Shown piece after piece: positions 56,894 to 64,000 of a stretch of DNA of 64,000 bases. A model generated the notes under the pieces. It was not told the origin of the DNA and did no database searches. It saw only the letters and a list, made by a program, of their open reading frames with translations. A program made the position numbers and the translations under genes. The stretch covers positions 27,643 to 91,642 of the forward strand of contig MEZX01000001.1 of assembly GCA_001774395.1 (NCBI GenBank). The letters are read 5' to 3'. How positions within the stretch are numbered: position 1 is the stretch's first letter; each line of letters starts with the position of its first letter. The DNA comes from Candidatus Berkelbacteria bacterium RIFCSPLOWO2_01_FULL_50_28. GTDB taxonomy: Bacteria; Patescibacteriota; UBA1384; 2-12-FULL-50-11.

Positions 56894-57682
56894 TCATTTT
56901 GTAACAATCAACACCGAAGTTAGATTTCCAACCGAGACCGGATTTTCTATTCGAAGGGTCAGAAAGATTTCCTCTTTGGCGGAGATAATATCAACCACGT
57001 GCCCCACGGCAATGCCAGCGGGGTAGATTCCCTCGAGCGAGGAGGTTACAACTGCTTCGCCTATCTTTGTTTTAGTATCGAGTGGGATGTTTTCGACGAT
57101 CAACCCTCGAATACTGCCGCGTAGTAGCCCAATCGTTCCGGTTTTCGCTAAAATCACTGGGGTGAGGAGGTTGCGATTAGCTAGCAACCACACTTCAGAA
57201 GTAGCAAGCGACACTTTCCCAACTTTCCCGATCAGATATCCGGAAGCCACAACCACCTGGTTTTCCTTTAAGCCGTCCCGACTACCCCTGTCTATTATCA
57301 GGGTCTGGTAAAGCCCGGTGGGCGAGTAGCCGACCACATTAGCAGGTGTCAGACGCATCTGTGGATGAGCTTTCTTGAACTGTAAATCCTTGTAGAGATT
57401 GTCATTCTCCACCTTCAGGGCCTCCAGAGAAGCGGCTTTTGCCTTAAGCTCGGTATTCTCCGTTTTTAGTTCGGCGTTCTCACGAGCTAAGTTATTCACG
57501 GTGAATAGGACTTTGAAGGCGTCGATAACGCGCGTCGTCGCGACGTCAACCCAATGTGCCGGTAGGGCAACGCTCCGTCGTAGGCCGTCTCTCACCGGAG
57601 AAAAAAATCCGAATTGGCTGAAAACCAAAAAGAGAACCAAGAGTGCCAGCACTATTCCACCGGCCCTCCCGCGTCTGATCAT
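56894..57682 (-). CDS. mreC: Rod shape-determining protein MreC
   Basis: N-terminal TM, coiled-coil (NAELKTENTELKAKAASLEALKVEND), beta-rich C-terminal domain. Overlaps the mreB stop. Confidence 0.8.
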   Translation of the reverse strand: MIRRGRAGGIVLALLVLFLVFSQFGFFSPVRDGLRRSVALPAHWVDVATTRVIDAFKVLFTVNNLARENAELKTENTELKAKAASLEALKVENDNLYKDLQFKKAHPQMRLTPANVVGYSPTGLYQTLIIDRGSRDGLKENQVVVASGYLIGKVGKVSLATSEVWLLANRNLLTPVILAKTGTIGLLRGSIRGLIVENIPLDTKTKIGEAVVTSSLEGIYPAGIAVGHVVDIISAKEEIFLTLRIENPVSVGNLTSVLIVTK

Positions 57683-58722
57683 TTTTTGAGAGCGCTACCT
57701 AGCAGAACTGATTCAAGCGTTTCCAAATCTTCCAGTACCACTCCCGTTCCTCTCGCCACACAAGATAGAGGATCGTCAGCAATAAAAACTTTGGTTTGGG
57801 TAGCTTGGCTGATCAACGTGTCCAGACCTTGCAACAGCGCCCCGCCGCCGGCCAGAACAATTCCTCTTTCCATAATATCGGCTACCAGTTCTGGCGGCGT
57901 CTCCTCGATGGTTGATTTTACTGCATCGACAATTACCATAACTGACTTCGAGATGGCGCTTCGGATTTGGTCATCGTTGACTATTATCTGCCGTGGTAAT
58001 CCCGTAACCAGGTCGCGACCGCGGAGCGGTCTTTCAGCACGTTCTTTCAAGGGGAAGGCCGAACCGATTTCAATTTTTATTTTCTCGGCGGTCCGCTCAC
58101 CAACCAACAGGTTGAAACTCTCCCGAGCGAAATTAATGATGTCTTCGTTCATCTCATCGCCTGCCACCCGAATGGAGCGCGAGGCAACGATACCCCCCAT
58201 AGAGATAACTGCCACTTCGGTTGTACCGCCACCGATATCAACGATCATACTGCCAGTTGCTTCTTGAATGGGCAGACGAGCGCCGATGGCGGCTGCGACC
58301 GGCTCCTCGATCAAAAATGCCTGACGTGCCCCAGCGCTGATCGCCGCTTCTTCAACCGCCCGTCGCTCAACTTCCGTGACGCCATAAGGAATTCCTACTA
58401 GCACCCTTGGGCGTGGCATAAAGGAAAAACGCTCGCGGTGAACTCGGTCAATGAAGTGCCGCATCATCTGTTCAGTTACCTCAAAGTCGCTGACGACGCC
58501 GTCCACCAGCGGTCGAATGGCAATGATGTGGTTCGGTGTTTTACCGACCATAATCTGGGCGTCGGTGCCGATTGCCAGAACTTGTTTTGTCTTTTGGTTA
58601 ATCGCCACCACTGAGGGTTCGTTGATGACAATCCCTTTGCCGCGCACGTAAACGAGTGTGTTCGCGGTGCCTAGGTCAATGCCGATATCGTGCGAAAAAG
58701 AGCCGAATAATCGATTTAGCAT
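57679..58722 (-). CDS. mreB: Rod shape-determining actin homologue MreB
   Basis: IGIDLGTANTLVYV, MIVDIGGGTTEVAVIS, GIVLAGGGALLQGL. Confidence 0.9.
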   Translation of the reverse strand: MLNRLFGSFSHDIGIDLGTANTLVYVRGKGIVINEPSVVAINQKTKQVLAIGTDAQIMVGKTPNHIIAIRPLVDGVVSDFEVTEQMMRHFIDRVHRERFSFMPRPRVLVGIPYGVTEVERRAVEEAAISAGARQAFLIEEPVAAAIGARLPIQEATGSMIVDIGGGTTEVAVISMGGIVASRSIRVAGDEMNEDIINFARESFNLLVGERTAEKIKIEIGSAFPLKERAERPLRGRDLVTGLPRQIIVNDDQIRSAISKSVMVIVDAVKSTIEETPPELVADIMERGIVLAGGGALLQGLDTLISQATQTKVFIADDPLSCVARGTGVVLEDLETLESVLLGSALKK

Positions 58723-58770
58723 CGTGAAGACATTCTAGCAATCAACCCTACAAAAGCAATCCTAGCGACC

Positions 58771-59682
58771 TTAGAAGAATTGGGCTAGCTTTGCTTGATG
58801 CTCGGCGTAGGTTTTGGAAAAGTGGGTTTGCCCTTTGGCGTGGAAAAAGTAAAGGTAGTCGTGAGTTGCGGGCTTGGCTGCTGCTTCCAAACTTTTGAGT
58901 CCCGGGCTGCAAATCGGGCCCGGTGGCAGGCCATCATTCAAGTAAGTATTATACGGCGACTCAACAGATTCGGTGTCGCCGTATTCTAGCGCCTCCCACG
59001 ATCCCTTGGCGTACTGAACCGTTGGATCGGCCTGCAACCGCATACTTATTTTCACTCTGTTAGCATATACTCCAGCGATTGGGGGGCGGTCATCATCACT
59101 CAGCGCTTCTCGCTCCACGATTGAAGCCAAAATAACTGTCTCGGGCGTAATGCGCAAACCGGCGGTTCTCTCTATAAAAGTATCACGCATTAGCGCTATC
59201 AGCTCGTCGTCGGTGATGTCCACTTTCACTTCGTACGTGTCTGGAAAAAGGTAGCCCTCGTACTTACCGGCTTTGGCGGCAAACCCAACCATCTGCGACA
59301 GTTTCGCCTCGTCAACCAGATATTTTTCTGTTTGACTGACTCGCCAGCCCTCAATTATTGTAATCTTTGCTACTTTGAATTTTCCGGAAGCTAGCGTGTT
59401 GGCAATGTCGGAGGCCGACTCGGCGCTCGTTAATTCGTAAGTGCCAGGCAGAATCTTTCCCCCAATCAATTTCAGATAGACGTAAAAAGCAAAACTATTC
59501 TTGATCAGCCCAACATTCTCTAACCGTTTAGCGATATCGGCCGACCGCTCGCCGGAAACGACTGTAAGTGTCTGACCTTCGGTACTGGTAGCGTCTTTGG
59601 GCGCGAGCAAATATATACCCAAACCAACGACAACTAGAACAAAGACAAAAAATAGGACCGCAATTATTTTCAATACTTTCAT
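58771..59682 (-). CDS. mltG: Endolytic murein transglycosylase MltG (YceG-like)
   Basis: N-terminal TM, YceG-like domain with conserved ASIVEREA and GLPPGPICSPG segments. Confidence 0.75.
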   Translation of the reverse strand: MKVLKIIAVLFFVFVLVVVGLGIYLLAPKDATSTEGQTLTVVSGERSADIAKRLENVGLIKNSFAFYVYLKLIGGKILPGTYELTSAESASDIANTLASGKFKVAKITIIEGWRVSQTEKYLVDEAKLSQMVGFAAKAGKYEGYLFPDTYEVKVDITDDELIALMRDTFIERTAGLRITPETVILASIVEREALSDDDRPPIAGVYANRVKISMRLQADPTVQYAKGSWEALEYGDTESVESPYNTYLNDGLPPGPICSPGLKSLEAAAKPATHDYLYFFHAKGQTHFSKTYAEHQAKLAQFF

Positions 59683-60114
59683 CTAGGTGACGTTCTCTTC
59701 CAAAAACTGCTGCAGAATAAGTTGGGCCGCGAGCTGATCAACGCGCAGTTTTGCCTCGGCCACAGACAGACCTTGGCTCTCCAGCATTTCCGAAGCCATA
59801 AATGTGGTGAGTGTTTCATTGACGTAGTGCACAACACAGTCCAAAGCTTCTGTGAGGCCGTCACCAAATTTCTTTATCTTCTGCGCTTCACTCGTCAGCC
59901 CTCCCTCCTCGTTCACCGGCAAACCAACTACAATTGCATCGGTTTGCTCGCTTTGAATTATTTTTTCTAGTTTTTCGTAGGCCTCGTTTGCCGAGGCCGT
60001 CTCGTAAAATCCTTTGTTCTTTGCCGCTATAATCGTCGTTAGCTCGCTGGCTAGCGATTCCCCAACGGCTACCCCGATTCGTTTTTCACCGACGTCTAGT
60101 CCTAAATATCGCAT
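59683..60114 (-). CDS. ruvX: Putative pre-16S rRNA nuclease / Holliday-junction resolvase-like YqgF (RuvX)
   Basis: MRYLGLDVGEKRIGVAVGE N-terminal RNase H-like motif. Conserved yqgF-yceG pairing. Start trimmed to MRYLG. Confidence 0.75.
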   Translation of the reverse strand: MRYLGLDVGEKRIGVAVGESLASELTTIIAAKNKGFYETASANEAYEKLEKIIQSEQTDAIVVGLPVNEEGGLTSEAQKIKKFGDGLTEALDCVVHYVNETLTTFMASEMLESQGLSVAEAKLRVDQLAAQLILQQFLEENVT

Positions 60115-60193
60115 CACCAAAATCCTCCAGATTTTGGAATTTCCAAACTTAATTGATGTTTGGTTATTCGATGATTCGGTGACTCGATCATTA

Positions 60194-61909
60194 CTACTTG
60201 GTACTCTCGACAAATCCGTACTCGACAGTGATCATACTCGGCAATATCGGAAGACGGCGAATCCACCAACTTGGAGTGACGTCGACGGTCGTTTCCGTGA
60301 CCTCGCTCTGAGATTTCAGAGCCGCTTGGGCCGCGTCAAAGGTTAGGTTATTAATCTGCTTGGCGATGGCCGTTTTGTCGATTTTTGGCGCAACGAACCC
60401 CTCTGCTTCAACATTAAAAGTCATCACTGAATTGCTCGAATCGTACTTTTTGAAGGTCAGTTTTGGTGAGGTATTTTCCGGCAAAACAAGCTGTTGGTTG
60501 TCGGTTATGCCTTTACTAAGCTCGAGTCGAACTTTTTCCAGAACGGCGTTCTTGTCGAAAGCAATTACCGAGAGTGAAAGCGTTAGTTTCAGAGTGGCTG
60601 AATCGACTTGTTCACCAACAGAACGATCGATATCTTGCTCTTTAACCTTTTGCCGAACCGAACCATCGAGCACAGTCTGTCCCTCTCCCTTTTTTCCCAA
60701 ATCTTTCTCGGCCTCGGCGACCAGCTCTTTTTTGGCGCTACTGATTACCTTGTCTATGTCACCTTGCGACAGTACCGTCACCGTTTTCGTTACCCCGCCG
60801 CTCGTTGAGCCGGTGGCGTAAACCAACGCGCCTTGACCCGAGATGGTAAATTGCGCCGATTGAAGATTATAGGCGTTTCCCGAAACGGCCGCGGTAACAC
60901 TGCCGGATGCCTGACCCGGCACGACGCTGCCACCAGAAACCGATGCTCCAGGAATAGTGATGGCGCTATTCAATGAAAAAATCTTACCGCTGGAAGAAAC
61001 ACTTGCCAGCGCGGCCAGCGTGACGGATGAGGAACTGGCCTTGTTGTAAAATGTAATTCTGCCAGAAGATTTTGTGCCAATGTCTTTTTTGCCAGTCGCA
61101 GTAATTTTTTTCGTCGTCGAGCCCTCGGAAGTGAGTAAGCTGCCAGCAATAGTGCTGGGACTGCTGTCGGCCGTGGTTTTTGCGTTAAGAAGTAGCGTCT
61201 TTGACTTCGACTCGGCCTGCAGCGTTAGCGTCACTGTGGCCTTAGGCAGAAAAACAAAAATGATCGTAAAGCTTATGAGCAAAATTATCACCGTAGCAAT
61301 AAGCGATTTCCAGGGCAGTTTGAAATCGATGGGCGTTCGTTCAACTTTGTAACGCGGGGCTGTTTTTTGCCGTGAAACAATCGATGGCAGCTCATCGACA
61401 CTGATCGTCTCTCCTACCTTCGGAGGCACAGTTTCTGCGGGTTCGGGCGCTAGCTCGCTCCCTTCCTCTGGCGCAGGGGGACTCGCTTCTTCTTTCGGTA
61501 GTTCCTCAACTGGCTGTGCCGGCTCGGCGTCTTGAACCACCTCTCCCGATTCGGAGCCCTGCGGCCCGGTGTATTGGTTAACCTTGACCCCGTCAATCAT
61601 CGTCGTTGCCGCTAGGGGAATCGGGTTTGGTGTTGCGGTCGGAGCCGTACCGGCTAAACCACCGAGATTGGCATATGTTTCCAATCCCACTTGACGCGCC
61701 AGGCGTGCTCCAATTTTATTGGTCGAAATTAACGAAACACGCTTGTCGAGATTTGCCGCTTCACGTTGCAATAGTTTTAGGTTTATTAAACTTTGAAATA
61801 GGGTGCTATTTTTGGGCACTACTACAGCCACATCACGAGACTCAGCGCTTTTTAGTTTATCGATTACAGAAGTGATCTCCTCGTCTGGTTCAAGGTAGAT
61901 CGGCTTCAT
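60194..61909 (-). CDS. Hypothetical bitopic membrane protein (cytoplasmic N-domain, Pro/Glu-rich linker, TM, large Ser/Thr/Gly-rich beta-type ectodomain)
   Basis: 571 aa from MKPIYLEPDEE. TM at LIATVIILLISFTIIFVFL. No catalytic motif recognised. Confidence 0.5.
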   Translation of the reverse strand: MKPIYLEPDEEITSVIDKLKSAESRDVAVVVPKNSTLFQSLINLKLLQREAANLDKRVSLISTNKIGARLARQVGLETYANLGGLAGTAPTATPNPIPLAATTMIDGVKVNQYTGPQGSESGEVVQDAEPAQPVEELPKEEASPPAPEEGSELAPEPAETVPPKVGETISVDELPSIVSRQKTAPRYKVERTPIDFKLPWKSLIATVIILLISFTIIFVFLPKATVTLTLQAESKSKTLLLNAKTTADSSPSTIAGSLLTSEGSTTKKITATGKKDIGTKSSGRITFYNKASSSSVTLAALASVSSSGKIFSLNSAITIPGASVSGGSVVPGQASGSVTAAVSGNAYNLQSAQFTISGQGALVYATGSTSGGVTKTVTVLSQGDIDKVISSAKKELVAEAEKDLGKKGEGQTVLDGSVRQKVKEQDIDRSVGEQVDSATLKLTLSLSVIAFDKNAVLEKVRLELSKGITDNQQLVLPENTSPKLTFKKYDSSNSVMTFNVEAEGFVAPKIDKTAIAKQINNLTFDAAQAALKSQSEVTETTVDVTPSWWIRRLPILPSMITVEYGFVESTK

Positions 61910-61920
61910 CTCACACCTCC

Positions 61921-61970
61921 GGTGTGGCAATTTTCAATTTTCAGTTTCCAATTTTCAATTATGGTGTTGC
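61921..61970. repeat. Second cluster of tandem CAATTTT heptamers
   Basis: ggcaattttcaattttcagtttccaattttcaatt lies immediately upstream (minus strand) of the 60194-61909 gene and downstream of the ftsA-like stop. Confidence 0.6.
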
Positions 61971-62018
61971 TTCCGCAAGTACTTTGATAACCGGTAACTG
62001 GCAACTGATCACTGACTC

Positions 62019-63356
62019 TCATTGTTTCATCCCGCTAACTGCTCGTTTCATCAACGTCTCTAGGATACCCGTTTCGCCAACTAAATCTAAGGCGACATTT
62101 GCCAAAGCCATCGGTGTAACATCAGCCGTATTTTGCAACGAATGCGTCTCGTCTACCATATTGGCCACGTCTACGGGTTTGATGAACTGCACCTCTGGGG
62201 GGCGGGCAAAAGAGAGATCCTCGCTCCAGTCCTTGCCAGAGAGCGCCATTTTCACTTCGGGCAGGTCTGAACCACCGCCGCAAAGCAAGAGGCGTGAAGG
62301 CAGCGGGTCGGACTCACCGAAATCCTCCAAAGAGAGCTTCAGCGCCGAAAGCCAAACTTTTATGTCGCTACCCAACGCGTGCTTTACCAACGCCTCTTTT
62401 TCCATCTCAAGTTTGCCGGCAGAGTACTGAATCTTGGCAACTTCGGCGTCCTGGAAACTTTCGCCCAACACCGCCGCCACTCGTTTGGTGAAGGCGCGGC
62501 CGCCAATGGCAAACATTCGTGTGCCTTCGACTCCGCCGTTGCGTACCACGGCGATGTCGGTTGTGCCGCCACCGATATCAATAAAAATTGCTGCCAAATC
62601 AGTTGATTCTTCGTTTAGACACCGAGCGACGGCGTACGGCTCGGCCGTTACCGCGATTAGCTCTAGCCCCAGTTCGCGTACAATTGTTTCGAGCGCCCCG
62701 AGCTGAACAATTGGCGCAAAGGCGTTGTAGACCCCCACTGAAAGCTCTTTGCCCTGGTAGGAAAGGGGGTTGGAAACTTTGTAGCCGTCAATTACCACCG
62801 AAACTATCGCCGCGTTCACCAGTTGAACGTCGATCTCTTCCTGACCGGTTTCCACCGCCAGCTCGGCGCGGGCCTTACGAAAAGCCTCGGCCTGCACTTG
62901 ATTGACTAAAATTTGCAGCTCCGCCATTTGTATTTGAGTAGCCGGTTTCGCTCGCGTAACTTTCACCGCTGTCGTTGTGCCTTTCACCAGCTCACCGGCG
63001 ATACCGACGATTGCGCGTTCCGGTAAGAATTGGGCTTGAGTAGCCGCTTCTTCGATCGCTTTTCCGCAGTTTTTCGCCACGCCGTGGATATCAGTTACCC
63101 CACCGCCGTGCATATCAGAGAGCTTCTGCCGACAGCGTCCAACGCCGCGAATATGTCCTTCGCCGTCAACTACCTCGAATATTAAGGCCTTAACAAACTC
63201 CGTTCCAATATCCAGGCTGATAGCCCAAGAATGCTTCTGTTTTTTCTTCCCTCCAAACAGTCCCATAAGTGTTTTCAGCGTACCAGAGCTAACCCCTATG
63301 GCGCAATTGGGATATCGTGTACTGTTGAAGCATGGATGATATGGAGAAAGAGCCAC
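62019..63356 (-). CDS. ftsA: Actin-like ATPase of the FtsA/PilM family (cell-division FtsA-like)
   Basis: IGIAGELVKGTTT, IFIDIGGGTTDIAVV, LLLCGGGSDLPEV actin-fold phosphate/adenosine motifs. 445 aa. Confidence 0.65.
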   Translation of the reverse strand: MALSPYHPCFNSTRYPNCAIGVSSGTLKTLMGLFGGKKKQKHSWAISLDIGTEFVKALIFEVVDGEGHIRGVGRCRQKLSDMHGGGVTDIHGVAKNCGKAIEEAATQAQFLPERAIVGIAGELVKGTTTAVKVTRAKPATQIQMAELQILVNQVQAEAFRKARAELAVETGQEEIDVQLVNAAIVSVVIDGYKVSNPLSYQGKELSVGVYNAFAPIVQLGALETIVRELGLELIAVTAEPYAVARCLNEESTDLAAIFIDIGGGTTDIAVVRNGGVEGTRMFAIGGRAFTKRVAAVLGESFQDAEVAKIQYSAGKLEMEKEALVKHALGSDIKVWLSALKLSLEDFGESDPLPSRLLLCGGGSDLPEVKMALSGKDWSEDLSFARPPEVQFIKPVDVANMVDETHSLQNTADVTPMALANVALDLVGETGILETLMKRAVSGMKQ

Positions 63357-63772
63357 AATCAGGAGACAGCCCAGAGCAAGTTAGCCAAGAAGCCACACTA
63401 GAGCAACCAGCGCTAACTGCCCCTGAGGCCAGAAAGGCCGAGATCATGGCTGCTATCGAAGCGGGGGAGCTGTGGTCAAACGAGCGGTTCTTGGCGTTTT
63501 ATATTGCCAGACAGGATGAGATTGAGGCCGCCGGAGGCGATCAAGAGTTTGCCACGTTTAGCTTTATGCGTGAGTGTGGCGAGATACAGGCCGCTGGTGG
63601 CAAATTCGCCGAAGCTCTGGAAACTATGCAAGATTTAGCCGACTCTGCTTACGCCGCTGGCGAAATCTACGACGAATTTGTCGCCCAAGTCCGGCTACGC
63701 ATTCTCGAGCTACAAATCCGGCAACGCTTTGCCGAACTAGATGCCCTGGCTAAGCCACCAGGCGAGCTTTAA
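63332..63772 (+). CDS. Hypothetical acidic protein
   Basis: 146-aa ORF, Ala/Glu-rich, no motif. Divergent from the ftsA-like gene. Confidence 0.35.
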   Translation: MDDMEKEPQSGDSPEQVSQEATLEQPALTAPEARKAEIMAAIEAGELWSNERFLAFYIARQDEIEAAGGDQEFATFSFMRECGEIQAAGGKFAEALETMQDLADSAYAAGEIYDEFVAQVRLRILELQIRQRFAELDALAKPPGEL

Positions 63773-64000
63773 TCCGACGCATAGAACCGCTTCCCCCTCC
63801 GAGCATTCGCACGGAGATTGATTTACGCAATCTATTTCCGTATGGAAATTAATTCATTATTTTCTAAATTGAATTTACTCTTCAAGCGACTGGCACTGGG
63901 CAGATCGTTCGCCTCCATGAACAAAATGTACCCTTCAATCTCATAAAACCGGGCGATGATTGCCACTTGCTCTTCGCAACGATACGGGCAGACCAAAACA

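Noticed and set aside
57614-58267. 217-codon + strand ORF overlapping mreB and mreC
   Set aside because: Antisense to two conserved genes with a Ser/Thr/Pro-rich nonsense-like translation. Spurious.
60360-61352. + strand ORFs (153 and 92 codons) inside the 60194-61909 gene
   Set aside because: They mirror the Ser/Thr/Ala-rich composition of the ectodomain region on the opposite strand. Shadow ORFs.

Overview
Read by eye from the sequence and the ORF track; no searches or computations were run. The window looks like a compositional mosaic from a small-genome bacterium, with gene content resembling an uncultivated CPR/Patescibacteria-like lineage, though lineage is not provable here. The backbone is housekeeping and cell-envelope genes. 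These include tRNA-Lys, Arg(UCG), His, Arg(UCU), Val and Glu; PyrE, SecA, SerRS and GreA; an ftsE-ftsX-hydrolase operon; an Nramp transporter; a MacB-type ABC pair; a PAS histidine kinase with a receiver; and the cluster ftsA-like, hypothetical, ruvX, mltG, mreBCD, PBP2. Into this backbone sit GC-richer accessory segments. (i) About 5.3-8.8 kb is an islet around tRNA-His encoding a GreA-C-domain protein, a ParB/Srx-fold protein and an N-terminally extended HhH-GPD Fe-S glycosylase-like protein. (ii) About 15.05-28.3 kb is a decayed integrative island. It ends in an intact large serine recombinase whose 3' end overlaps a 29-nt tRNA 3' fragment (att remnant). It carries a second, fragmented serine recombinase, IS21 and IS3 remnants, an amino-acid ABC importer with a coupled unknown protein, and a two-gene module of unknown function (one with a PD-(D/E)xK-like signature). 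That module is the best candidate here for an undescribed defence/toxin system. Other notable items: a dispersed ~35-nt repeat family (3 copies, two at tRNA 3' flanks); two clusters of tandem CAATTTT heptamers in promoter-proximal positions; an XRE-HTH::Hsp20 fusion with an upstream palindrome; and an AT-rich GATase-less asparagine-synthetase-like gene next to a GIY-YIG nuclease.
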